Below are positions 14,682 through 26,590 of a stretch of 64,000 bases of DNA, in pieces. Every line of letters starts with the position of its first letter. The first letter of the stretch is position 1. Both the position numbers and the translations under genes were made by a program. This DNA is from Iphione sp. A-MEVVRFRX5. Its lineage: Eukaryota. The notes beneath the pieces were generated by a model, which saw nothing but the letters and a program-made list of their open reading frames with translations, was not told where the DNA came from and made no database searches. The stretch spans positions 100,688,001-100,752,000 of the forward strand of contig OZ320314.1 in assembly GCA_976226885.1 (NCBI GenBank). The letters are read 5' to 3'.

Positions 14682-17504
14682 TTAGTGAACCCTCCAGTTT
14701 TCTTTTGACAACCTGTTCAAGAACAGTTTCTTTATTTCTCTCTTGAATTGTTGCTTGCTATTAAACGCATCTAGTTTCAATTTGTTCCACTGTCGGGTTG
14801 AGAAGTAGAAGGGATCTAATATATATTGTGAACAATTCGGTTTTGTTACAGCTAGAGATGCTCTTCTCAATTTACTGTTCCGTCTTGCTGTTATGTATAA
14901 TGGTGCTATCCTATCATAGTTAATGCACAGTGAGTAATAAGTACTTCTTAACTCGAACGGCAGTATATTATTTCTTAGGAACAGTTCTCTGTCTGTCGAC
15001 GTATGTCCCCAGACTATTCTGAGTGCTTTCAACAGTTGCCCTTCAAGTTTTCTAAACTGTGGGCTTGAGTAGCAGTGTATCGAACCTATTCCATACTCCA
15101 TATTTGGTATTACAAATGTTTTCAGTACACACAGGGCTGTCTTGTTATTACTTTGCATTTTTACGTTCCTCAAGAGGTTAATCAGGCCATATGATTTTTT
15201 GACTTTCCTACTCAGCTCTTCCTGTAACGTTAAATGCTTGTCTAATATGAAGCCTAGATACTTGAACGAGCTGGTTTGTGCTAGACTGTGGCCGTTTATC
15301 TTAATTCCTAAGTCCACGTTCTTATATTTACTTTTACTTGTTGTGAATAGCATAGTCTCTGTTTTCTGATAATTTATTTTAACACCATTAGCTTGGCACC
15401 AGTTTTCGAGTTTTGTTACCTCTTCAGTAAGGACTGATGATATTGTTTTCGGGTCATAAGCTGAATATAGGATTACTGTATCATCTGCATACATAATACA
15501 GTTACTCTGATTAAAACAAGATATGCTATCATTAATAAATAGGGAGAACAACATCGGTCCGAGAATACTGCCCTGGGGCACACCGAGTTTTAGAGCCTTT
15601 TCAGATGAAGTATGGTTTCCAATACGGGTTTTGATAGTTCTATTGTTTAGGTAACTACTAAACCAGGGTAGGCAATTTTCGAAGCCCATGCATTTCAGTT
15701 TCTGTAACAGTATCGTGTGTTGGAGAGAGTCAAATGCCTTGGCATAGTCTACGAAGATGGCGCCAGTTATTTTTCCTTCATTCATACCTTCTAATATATG
15801 GTGAGTTACTTCATTTATTGCATGCATAGTTGATTTGCCCTGTCTAAATCCAAATTGTTGCTCAGACAGCAAGTTGTTATCATATATGAATTTTTCACAT
15901 TGTCTAAACACTATTTTCTCTAGAATTTTGCCAGGGAGGGGAAGGATACTTATCGGACGATATGAGTTTGCTGATGTTTTAGAGCCTTTGCCTTTATACA
16001 GGGGGGTTATCCGTGCGCATTTCCAACTTTCAGGTATTTCACCTGTTTCAAGGGACACATTCATCAAAGATGTTAGGGGAGTGATCAAATCAGGGAGACA
16101 GGCCCGTAAGATTCTTGTTGGGAGTTTGTCTATACCACTCGGTTTATCGATTGGAAGTTTTCTGAGTAATTTCATTAGCTCAGGCTCGGTGGTGGTTTCA
16201 AAAGTGAGCTTATTAGGGCAGGGTACAATTAACGAGGTTATCAAATGACTGTCCATATCATAAGGAGAATTACCTACCGTGGCAAAGTATGTGTTGAGTG
16301 TTTCTGCCGATTCTGCCGTTGACAGCTGCTTCTTACCAGTAGTGAGCTGGATATTCTCCCCTGCCTTGTTACCTTTAAAGAGTCCCTTTACTATTTTCCA
16401 ATACTTTTTGGGCTGTCCCTTGCATGATTCTACCTGCCTTGTTATGAAGTCGGATTTGTCCTGTTGTAGTTCTTTATTCACACGACGTTTCAAATCTGTT
16501 GCGGACTGGTAAAGGCTTTTGCTTCCTAACCTCAGTGCTAGTTTAAACTGTCTATTCTTTCTGTTGATTAACTGCCTAGTTTTGGGAGTGATCCAGATAT
16601 TCTCAGGCCGAAAACAGTTACTGACCTTTTCTTGTGAGATGCTGCATACAGTCAGTTTGATGAATGATTCAATTGCCCCCCAAATATAGTTCGGGTCTCT
16701 ACTTATTAATATGCGAGACCAGTCTTTTTCCCGTGCATTAGAGTTGAACAAGATCGCATGCTTCTCACTCCAGGGTGTGTAGGAAATCATAGTATTTGCT
16801 GAGATTTGAGCACATAGTTCGAGTTTGGCCTCAACAGCATGGTGATCGCTGAGGAAGGTTTGTACTACACGTGCTCGTGCTTTCATACAATCTGGGAGAA
16901 ATATCAAGTCAATGCAGGATGAAGAATTAATTGTATGCCTGGTTGGGGTGCGTATCTTCTGGTTTAACCCAAAATTCAATAGGCAGTGCTTTAGATCACG
17001 ATAGTAATTGTCATTTTCACGTGCATTTATATTGAAATCTCCTATTAGAATAATGTTACTGTGATCGTCTGTAATCACCTCGAGGGTATTGTCAAGATAT
17101 TTCAAGAATTCTTTATGGTTACCTTTTGGAGGGCGGTATACAGTACACAACGTAATAGAATGTTGATTTTTTAAGTTAACTTGTAGCCAGAGTGTTTCTA
17201 CTGTAATTGAATTTTCATTATGAACAGAGTGAATGGTATTATCGAAGAATAGTTCACTTTTGACATAGATCAGTAAACCGCCTCCCTTGCTGTAGGTTCT
17301 GTCTTGTCGTGCTAGGGTATAACCTTTCATTTCAAGTGTATTATTGGTGATGTCGTCATCTAGCCATGTCTCAGTAATTGCGAATATGTGAGGTGTTTCT
17401 TTGGATAATAGATCTGCGATTTCCAGCAGCTTTCTTCGTATACTTCTGATATTAACATGCAGAATTTTTACGGGTTCACTGGGAGTAATATTACATGCTT
17501 TCAT
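14682..17504 (-). CDS. LINE ORF2: apurinic-type endonuclease + reverse transcriptase, intact, 940 aa
   Basis: APE motifs NIRS, TETWL, YRPP, GDFNIN, PTR, IDL, SDH. RT motifs YRPISILP, QFGFR, DYAKAFD, GVPQGSILGP, YADD, KYLG. C-terminal RQWNKL. Confidence 0.97.
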   Translation of the reverse strand: MKACNITPSEPVKILHVNIRSIRRKLLEIADLLSKETPHIFAITETWLDDDITNNTLEMKGYTLARQDRTYSKGGGLLIYVKSELFFDNTIHSVHNENSITVETLWLQVNLKNQHSITLCTVYRPPKGNHKEFLKYLDNTLEVITDDHSNIILIGDFNINARENDNYYRDLKHCLLNFGLNQKIRTPTRHTINSSSCIDLIFLPDCMKARARVVQTFLSDHHAVEAKLELCAQISANTMISYTPWSEKHAILFNSNAREKDWSRILISRDPNYIWGAIESFIKLTVCSISQEKVSNCFRPENIWITPKTRQLINRKNRQFKLALRLGSKSLYQSATDLKRRVNKELQQDKSDFITRQVESCKGQPKKYWKIVKGLFKGNKAGENIQLTTGKKQLSTAESAETLNTYFATVGNSPYDMDSHLITSLIVPCPNKLTFETTTEPELMKLLRKLPIDKPSGIDKLPTRILRACLPDLITPLTSLMNVSLETGEIPESWKCARITPLYKGKGSKTSANSYRPISILPLPGKILEKIVFRQCEKFIYDNNLLSEQQFGFRQGKSTMHAINEVTHHILEGMNEGKITGAIFVDYAKAFDSLQHTILLQKLKCMGFENCLPWFSSYLNNRTIKTRIGNHTSSEKALKLGVPQGSILGPMLFSLFINDSISCFNQSNCIMYADDTVILYSAYDPKTISSVLTEEVTKLENWCQANGVKINYQKTETMLFTTSKSKYKNVDLGIKINGHSLAQTSSFKYLGFILDKHLTLQEELSRKVKKSYGLINLLRNVKMQSNNKTALCVLKTFVIPNMEYGIGSIHCYSSPQFRKLEGQLLKALRIVWGHTSTDRELFLRNNILPFELRSTYYSLCINYDRIAPLYITARRNSKLRRASLAVTKPNCSQYILDPFYFSTRQWNKLKLDAFNSKQQFKREIKKLFLNRLSKENWRVH

Positions 17505-17812
17505 ACACGTTCTAAGTAAGTGTCTCTATAATGCTACAGTAAACTAAAGTAGTAATAAATTTGTACGTCTAGTGGGTGACGAAATGGTATTGTCTGGTTG
17601 GGGGAGACAACACCTTGCATCGGATAATTCAATACCGTTAATCAAATACCTATCGTGTCAGGTCTCACACAAGACCAGTGACCATAATTCTCAAATAGTT
17701 TATTCATAAAACAGTGGGGAAAATAACACGCAGGTGATCGGTCTCATTGCTACGAGACCTGGGATCACTGAGGAATGAAGAAACAAATGTCTATATATCA
17801 ATGGTATAGTTT

Positions 17813-18178
17813 TCAGAGGAATTTCACCGTCTTCTCAGTCATTTCTGCTCGACCGCTCTCGTTCAGGTGACAACCGTCCTGTAGTTTCTGCAGCTTATTC
17901 GTCTGTCTTCCATTTGAATGACCATGCACCACGCTCCCAATGTGAAGTGTTGGCAGGCCATGGTGACGATTCAACCAACGGATGTAGCTGTTGATGCGAT
18001 GGACACAGTCATTCAGCATACTCTGAATGTACGAAGGCGGCGATTTTTCTGGAACAGACTCACCAAGAAGCGTCTTATTATATCGCACAATGTCGGGGCA
18101 CAGAGTTTCAGAGAAAACTACAAGACAGTCCGGGAACTGTTTCTTAATTCGAGCATAGCATGTTAACGAGTGTATGAC
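17813..18178 (-). pseudogene. C-terminal half of an SGNH-hydrolase (esterase) ORF of LINE-A, 5'-truncated
   Basis: Frame open from 18178 to the TGA at 17813-17815. RIKKQFPDCLVVFSETLCPDIVRYN aligns with KLSNIFPSSRIVFGTVFGMHLLRYN of the LINE-B esterase. Ends with the block V motif LQDGCHL (DxxH). Confidence 0.8.
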
Positions 18179-20721
18179 TTAAATTAGTAGTGACTAGCAG
18201 TTTTATCATCGAATTATGGAGGATCACTTTCCAATCCACCATGATATTTTTGTAATAAAAATTCTACTTTAGGCTTTGTCAGAAATTTCACCTACTTGTT
18301 AACTTCGAGTCCACCGTGGGCACTCAAGTATCGAGGAAACCAAGTGTTGCCACACGTCAAACTGGCAGATTTAGCACCGCTGTCGTGAAGCGCGAGGAAA
18401 TTTCATTTCAGCTCCGCTGCCTGCTATTCATCTAAATAAATACCCTTGCTTGTGCGTTTTTTTATTTGATTTCCCCTCCGTGCCTCTGGTCAGCGACCTT
18501 CCATGTCCAATGTGGACTGCGTTTCTGTCCCTACTGTCTGTAGTTTCTGTCCCTCTGCCTTCGGTGATTAGCTAAGATATTTTTGCTTTTGGTCTCATCA
18601 TGGCAGCGCCATCTTCTTCGGTGAGCGTCTTTGAATGTGTTTATCTATTTTGCAGCAGGAAATGCGATTATTCACTCTATTTATGTTAAACTAGTCCCCT
18701 TTAAAAATTTGGTTCTTTGACCCAGGCCATATGAATGTGCATTAAAGTGATTAAACTTAAAAATCGCCGACACGGCTCACAGTTAAAATGGTCGATGCTT
18801 AGTCGGAATAAAAGCTTAGAACAGAAAAGGCTGTAGTGAAAATTCGTTTAGATATGTCTCCCATTTCTACCATTTTCCCAGCTGAGTAGTATGTGTAGTG
18901 GCATGATCTAGGATTAAGAATGGCACACAAAATAGTACGCAGAAAAATAACCATGCTTCAAGGAATTAAATTGCGGAATTACATTGTTGGAGAGAATATG
19001 TGAAGTAGCCCTCCGCCATGCAGTAACGGTACCAGTATTTGTACATTGGTTTTACTATATCGTTTTTACAACCAATCATGGCTGACAGGTGAACTACCAC
19101 GGAACGTCGGGTTGATTACAAAAAGAACTGAAGTGTCCCTCGGCTCTTCAGAACGCAAATCATATTCGCAGCAGGAATTCGGTGCTGTCAGCCTATCATG
19201 TGTGTGTAGAGTTAAAATTCCTTATATCTGTACCTTTGTAATGTGGCACAGGGTAGTAGCGACTGTGGCCTAATATAAAAATACATAGCATACCCATATG
19301 ATACCGTGAACTTCTATTGAGGCACGTACAAATTTTATCATTTGAATTTGCAGGGCACTTCTTGCCGAGGTAACCCCGCAGTAACATATCGAATTCACAA
19401 TATTCATCAGCATCTGTTTCTGAAATATTTCTTTGTCCGTTCCTCGTTATCCTTTCCATGCCTATATCCCTTTCTCTTGTCTATTTCTGCCTTTCAGCTT
19501 TTTCTTTCTAAATGTTGAGCCAGTTTTACTCATTTCTTTTATAAGCACCGAATAGCAAAGCATCCCTCGAGACACTTTCTTTTTTTGATGTTGCTTCATT
19601 CAGAGAGACGCTTGCAGCAGAATTTAGACGTTTCAAACCCCGGACGGATGATGTCATAATTCCCGAACGTCTGAAAAATACCAAACTTACCCTCAGACCA
19701 TGCAGACTGGCTTGACATAGCTAATACAGGTACCTGCTTGGATACAAAGAAATCACCTTGTAAGACCAAGGTATTGAGCCAGAAGGGCCGGATAGTGCCA
19801 TGCAGGATACATGACTTTCCTACACTAGTAATCTGATCAAAGATAATTACATCTCAAAGGTAAGGCAATTGGTTTTACACTTGACCATATTGTCTGCTGT
19901 CTAACAGTAAAGAGATACCCTCTTGGTCCCCACCACCCCCCTCTTGCCATGACCCTTGATACACAGCAATAGTACCTGAGCTGCAAAGTTATTTATCCTT
20001 GGTCATATTCGCATTATGAATACAGCTTTCCTCTACTGGATTCTGGTCATTCTCATCCCAATGTTCATGCCTCTTTTATTACACACGCTTGTGTTACTTC
20101 ATTGTTCAGGGGCTTAATCTCATAGAAAGTAGGCAATATGACCTATACCGATGTTTAACGCGGCGTTAATCATTTACCTGCATTCTGCCCCCCCCCCCCG
20201 ATGAACAGGAATGATAAATATTCTCTCCTCAGAATACATACTGAATGTGCGAGTCATAGGGCGAAAGGAAAGACCGGTCAGGCTGTGTTCTTTGTAGCTT
20301 AGACGTACAACATCATATGCATCATCAATATTCATCGTTTCTGATAGATCAAGCAATCGATGGAAAATATGTTGTCTGACTGACTGTCCAATATACTCTA
20401 GTGTGGTGGAATTGCACTAAATTAAACAAAGCACTTGGCATAGTGAGGCAGCTGGAACGACGAAGAAAAATCACGCGAAAAGAAGCCTTCACCTCGAACA
20501 AATGAATTTCAGGGCAACACCTGTCAATCCTGAGGCGCATTATTTCCTGATGATGTTGATCAAATCAACCTGCATTCAACTGGGGAATTTCGATAGTTGC
20601 TGTCATATTCCAGTAGTCATCCGTAGTAGCTTCGGAGAGGTCACATGACCGACACCGGGCGGTTAATGAGGTCCTGATCCATGGCAATCTATTCGCATCT
20701 AGTTTAGCGTCTGAATAACAC

Positions 20722-21593
20722 AAATTCTTTTCTCAATTGCATAAATATCTTGAAAATTATATTTATTGCCAAAACGGCAATATTGCTCCAGACAGGTGAT
20801 GACGCTAGAAAGGCTATTTTCATTATGATATTTAGTGCTTACAACGGAAGCAACAATTTATTGACATCGAAATGGCATTTGACACCATAAATCATAAGCT
20901 CCCGTAACCTTAGCTAAAGAATCGGTTTCATTTACCCTGGTACCTGTTACCTCTAAGGAGCTGAGCAAATTACATCATAGAATTAATTTGGCTTTGCAGA
21001 GAATTTGGTGTCAAAATGAAAATCATTCATAAATACACAGGTTTTTCCGGTGCCCTGACCACGATTTTTTTCTTTTAATAGAATAATTTTTATAATTCTT
21101 GTTTTCTGAACATCTTTAGAAAGAATTACGACAAAAGATGTATCCAATAGACCTTTCTCCTCCTTAGGGTCCTCGGTTTCCTATGATCTAACCATACGTT
21201 TATTTCTTTAGGTACTAATTAACATTGACTTAACGAATAGGAAAAACATACCACTTACCTATTTACTGTATTTTCAGCTTGTTACCGGAAACACATGCAC
21301 AAACAAAGAACTAACTGGAAGTACATAAAAAAACACACTTTATAGACACAGATTCAAACACACATTTTTACGTCTTCATTATAATAACTACATGATTGAG
21401 CATTGAGGTATCTTATCAAATGATGTAATCCTACTATCTGATTGCAAATCTGTGTCGCGATGTATTAAATGTTTCTCTACTGTGAACCATTTTGAAATAG
21501 TTGCATGTTGTATGTATGCATGCATCTACAATATACAAAATGTCCTCAAGGACAATTTGTTGGATAATATTTCTGTCTTATCTTATCTTATCT
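20722..21593 (+). mobile_element. LINE-D: highly decayed CR1-group LINE with RT remnants and tail
   Basis: Translated pieces across frameshifts: KFFSQLHKYLENY, LLPKRQYCSRQ (compare LLSEQQFGFRQ in LINE-A), FIDIEMAFDTINH at 20857-20895, LQRIWCQN, LLPETH...KKTHFI. Then an AT-rich UTR ending in (TCTTA)3 at 21576-21593. Confidence 0.7.
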
Positions 21594-24039
21594 GAAAATC
21601 AATTTAGTTCGTGATTGTTGACTGTCTAACCTTTCTAATATCCATGCAGTATTTCATCAATTTTAGTATAATCCGAATAAGATTGAGTTCACTATGAGGT
21701 ATTGGTTCTCCACAGTTTACCGCTATTCCATCAGATGTCTGTCATGTTTTCTAATTTCCTGACGACGGCAGTCACACCCTAGTAATTTGCTGTGATATAC
21801 TAGAAACCGACATATTTCAACTTGCACATAGATAGACCGAATAGACCGGGAACCTATAATGTAATTATTGCTAGTACCGTTTCTTTCTTTCCGGGCCAGG
21901 ATCGCGTGGCATTAGGCTCCCTATTTCATCGTAGTTATCCTTGCCTACTAATCTGATATATCGATTATATTTCTTCAGCCTCTTCTGACTTTCAACTTTA
22001 GATCTGTTCTTTCCTATATTGTGGTTCAGCTAGTTGTCTATTCTGTACAAGTGAAACCTCACATCAATATAGGCACACTAGATTATTATAGATGAAATAT
22101 ATGAGGGTAAAGCAGGAAACGCTAGGAATACCAGTCTTTGTAGCGAGAGGCCTCCAGCCTGTCCTTAGTTAATCTCAGTTAAGTAGAAAAACTCACAAAA
22201 CACGAATAGACATGGTCGCTACAACAAGCGTGACGTCAGTGGCCATCTCCCCTTACATTAAATAAGCCATACCTGTCCCCAGGGGTCTTGGAGAGAGGAC
22301 AGACGCTCCATTTTTCTTGTGGGTTTTTTTCGTTTTGTGTCCCTGTTGCTGCACATGTGTGGTTTTGACATGCGATACAGTCTTGTCGTCAGGAGGGCGT
22401 TTTTACCTGACTTTTTTATATAACCGCCTTGTATAACACATTCGGTGGCTTTCATTACACGTACACGCTTGTTTTCTGCTTCAATCTGGACGAGGCAGAC
22501 AGCTAGTTTGCAGAGTTTTCTACTAGCAATGCTGACGTACTAGCAAGCATTTAGTACGGCATTTGGCTTTGCTATGTCTTAAGATTCCCCAAGGGATGTT
22601 TTCGGTCTTTACGTAGTTGAAGAATATTTGGTAGATATTGGAGAATGTGCACTGAAGTTCAAGATTTGTTTATACAGAAATGAAATTTATTAGTGCTTCT
22701 GAAACCTTAGGAGATTTGTGAAGATGAAAATGATGCCAGTTTTGTTTTTTGTGTACAGATCTTATTCCTTCTGATCCCATCTCCTTTGACCTTGAATGGA
22801 CAACAATACTTTTTTACTTGATATTTGATCCGTTCAAGTAAGCGATTGGGCTACAATTGCTTGTAAATGACTGCTTTCCAACAAACACGTTCATAACAAT
22901 ATTCTAGTAAACCTAAGAAATTTTCCGTCCGTTGCATGGTGTATTGTCGCGCTTTTCAACTGCTAAAAGTAAGGCAGAATGGAGTCTTCTGGCTTTCTCT
23001 TAATTATGTAGTACTTCTAAAAAATGTCCATTACAGGATTTTATCAAACCATTACAAAATGTTACATTCAGTTGATTCATGCAGATCATTATATGCAAAT
23101 TGGTTAGAATTGTAAAAAGGCAGAGAAACGTGGAATTAGGATTTATCATTTTGGTTGGGACCTGATCTCGGTGTAGACATCTCTTTTGGAAATAACTTTA
23201 TAAGGTGAGAGAGTTTCTTCAGCCACAGGTTTATTTCAAACAAGGAACACACCGAAATCTATTACATTACATAATGTGTAATCATTTTTAAATCAAATTT
23301 TCGAGATAAAATGATGGTCACCTTCTTACAAAGTTGAAGATAATCATGTTAACACTTGTCATAGTGGTAGCCGTAACTATGATAGTTTGGTTGGCACCTG
23401 ATTGTATGCCATTCTGATTCTTTTGCCCTTGAAGCGCCCTCTCACCTGCAAAACGTTGAGCACACATATGACAACGCAGGGTGCGCTCTTAGTGCTCCCT
23501 CATCCCCGCCCCCTTCTTACACAAACCCACGGCTGACCTGGCCTCTCCCGCTCACCTCCTTCCTTCCCCCATCAACCGTCCTCCAGCCTCCTCCGAGGTA
23601 TGAGGGGCTGTGTACAGGAGAGTTGTTTCCTCTATGGCAGGACCCAGGAGGCTTGTACACAAGGTAGGCCGGGGACTGGCGAGGCTTAGTGTAAAGCACA
23701 GGCCAATCGGCTGTCTAAAGGAGAGGGCTATCTACTTCGAGCTCCCACCGCTAACCTTTACCCAGGGGAAGGTACAGCTTGATTAAGTGCTTGTTCGAGG
23801 GCATGCTTTCTGCCAAACTGGTATTTTGCCACATACATCTTCGCAAGCATGGATTTCCCACCTGTCGCCCGCTTACATATCACTCGCATTATCCCTCATT
23901 ACCGCCCAATCACAACATTTTGCATTTCCCCCCATCCCATCCCCATTCCTTGTTTATCGCTGTTTTCCTACTTCGGATCTACAGAGCATACGGAGAAAAA
24001 GGCCAGATTGAGCGGACGAGCGTGGAAAGGGTGAATGAA

Positions 24040-24300
24040 GATAAAGAGGGCGAGAGATGAAGAGGGATGTAGATGTAGGCAGACGGATCGTCTGCAGAGG
24101 CAGAGAGGGAGAGAGAAAGAGAGGCAGACAGACGGACGAACAGACTGACAGACAGAGGAAGAGAGATAATAGAAATAAAGAGAGAATGGTCGGGACACAG
24201 TATGTTGTTACGGACACATGAATTTTTATAAAAAGTGAAAGAAGAAGAAGACGAAGAAGACGAAGAAGAAGAACAACAACAAGAAGGGATAAGAGGAAAA
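24040..24300 (+). repeat. Purine-rich low-complexity tract including (GAA/GAC/CAA)n
   Basis: GA-rich runs, and gaagaagaagacgaagaagacgaagaagaagaacaacaacaagaag at about 24241-24286. Confidence 0.7.
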
Positions 24301-26346
24301 GTCGTGAATTTACATAGATATTCAATGCGGAAGAGAGAAGGGAACGGAGATCTGTAAATGCTCAAAAGGCAATGAAGCTAATACTTCTTCACATAATATG
24401 TGCCCCCCCGCGACTGACAATAGTTCCTGTAAAGTACACCATCCCCCTCTGGTACGAGCCTCTGTTTCTACTGGAACAAAGGGTAGGCTTGGATTTCACT
24501 GCCATCTATGGAAAACAGGTTCTTCTCAACAACCAGCTCGTGTCGTATTTGTGTCCCATGTAGGGCGACGCATAGGAATAGAAGCTCAAGTCGGCATTTC
24601 TCATCCATATCTTATAATTAAAGGAAAGGTAGGATTCACTTACTACATTCACTGCGTCCAAGTATTCACTTCCCAGTATAAAAAAAAATAGTCATTCGAA
24701 AGGAAAGATGCATGTGCCTTCAAAGTTGCTGATGAGAACCGTTGGGCTGTACAAATGTCCCTGAACAAGAAGTCTATTGAAATGGTGCTTTGCATCAGGC
24801 CCATCATCCAGGTTTACCTCGTTAATAACACGATGTAACGTGGCATACGTCTCACATATATTAATTGCTTTCTTTCTCCATTATGAACTGAAAACGCTGC
24901 CAATATCCCTAGCATATAACTTTCTATGATGGTTTGACGGAAGTACCGGCACACGCAGACGAATTACCGAACACTTATGGAGAGACCATCAGTTCTGTTG
25001 ATATACAGGCAGGATATGAGGGTTAGGACCATAAAGATTGTTTGTATTCATTCAGCTTTATCACCATGGCAGACGTGGCCGTGCATAAAGTGTTAGTATC
25101 AATTAGCAATAAAAAAGGACGAAGCCATTTTATGTGAGGTGAAATATGGAAAATGTCGTTAGATTAATACGGGGGGCATGAAATCAGGTGCTGAGGACCT
25201 AATGATTAGTGCCTCCTGTCATTCAGGTATAGGACTACAAAGGTGCTTAGCATAGGCAGTGCAGTAGCGGTAATCTCCAGTAAACCGTTATTGTTTAATC
25301 CGGATTAACCCCCTCCTTTGTCCATATAGGAGTTGTTGCCCTCAGGCATAAACCACACGGAATATATCCCCTAGCGGAGGAGCGAGTGCGCTGACTGAAA
25401 GGCTGAGCTGCTGTACTAGTCATTTATCTCGCAACCGGATTAGCGACCAGTGTACGCTCCCGTTTCACATGAGATTAACAAAAGTCCTTTTAGATTCTAC
25501 TTTTAATTTGGCTTCCATACTTCTCTGCCCGTCTCTGCCTTTGCATGGCAACACCTGAAGGATTTGCTTCGGAGCCCAGGCTCGTATGCTCCATTTAACC
25601 ACCTAATCAATTCAGACCTCCCGAATAATATAAGGAAACTTAACTCGAATTTTTAACCAAAACATATACATTTACAGTTGTCGGGTGAACAATATACGTT
25701 ACAAACGGAACTCTCTTAAGTCGAATGAATGAGGCCAGTATGATTCTCATCAGAGTATACTTCAATGATGCAGTTATGCCCTAAAGCAGATCTTCGAAAT
25801 CTCGAATCACACTACATACTACAGCAAGATTATACACAGGACAAAGAAATTTAGCAAATCAGCATGGCTATATATACTATAATTCCTTTGTGTGTTAACT
25901 CTACACTTGAAGTTATTCCAGCTATGGCTATAGGCTAGACTGCTTTAGTAACTTTACTAGAGGCTGAAGGCTTTATCCCAGTATCCACACTTAAGGTAAT
26001 CCAAGCAGGTATATTCCCTCAAAGCTTCCCAGAAGGATAAGGTCCACAAGTGAGTCTGGTTCGAAACTGATATTATTGGCCACACAGGACCAATATCTAT
26101 ATTTATCCTTGAGGTCATGTGACCTGTTCACCATGAAACATTGTAACTGAATTAAGAAGCAAATGCTACAGTGATCCCATTAAAGTTCTAAGAATAGCCT
26201 GGATTTAGTTACAATGTTGCAGCTGCTTGCTAAAAATATATTATCTACATAGTCTCAGGTGGTTACTGAAAATAGAATGCTTAGGACCAATCAGAGTACA
26301 GATAACTTGATTAAATGCTTATGAGTCCTCAAAAACTACTGCTATG

Positions 26347-26590
26347 CCCTAGTACAAGGGTCACAGAGTACAGTTGACTTGACCAGATGCTTGGCAGTCC
26401 CCCAAGCTTATAAACACTCCACACAGTGTACAGCTATCACAACCAGATGCTTTTTTGTACCCAAGCACTACAGTTGCTTCCCAGTATAGGGTTCACATTG
26501 TACAGCTGCCACAACCAGATGCTTGGGTGTACCCTACAGTCTGTCCCCAGTACAGGGGTTCACAGGGTGCAGCCATCACAACCAGATACT
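26347..26590. repeat. Degenerate minisatellite, about 4 units of 60-72 bp
   Basis: ACCAGAT(G/A)CT recurs at 26382, 26442, 26514 and 26581. Three units are also preceded by CAGTA..GGGTTCACA-like sequence. Confidence 0.7.

Larger units (their letters stand above)
14416..18178 (-). mobile_element. LINE-A: 5'-truncated CR1-group (L2/Crack/Daphne-like) non-LTR retrotransposon
   Basis: Poly(A) tail (T-run 14416-14440 with one G), 3' UTR with stem-loop and (TATACA)n, intact APE-RT ORF, 308-nt spacer, and an upstream esterase ORF whose open frame stops at 18178. No target-site duplication seen. Confidence 0.93.

Noticed and set aside
15142-16512. Plus-strand ORFs of 75-137 aa
   Set aside because: Antisense shadows of LINE-A ORF2.
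18343-18640. AAGATGGCG motif and GTGTTGCCAC end upstream of LINE-A, considered as its 5' end
   Set aside because: No ORF1 or esterase N-terminal homology in between; more likely an unrelated repeat.
24398-24838. 147-codon frame with one internal TAG
   Set aside because: No motif, the stop follows an A-run, and it is not statistically persuasive.
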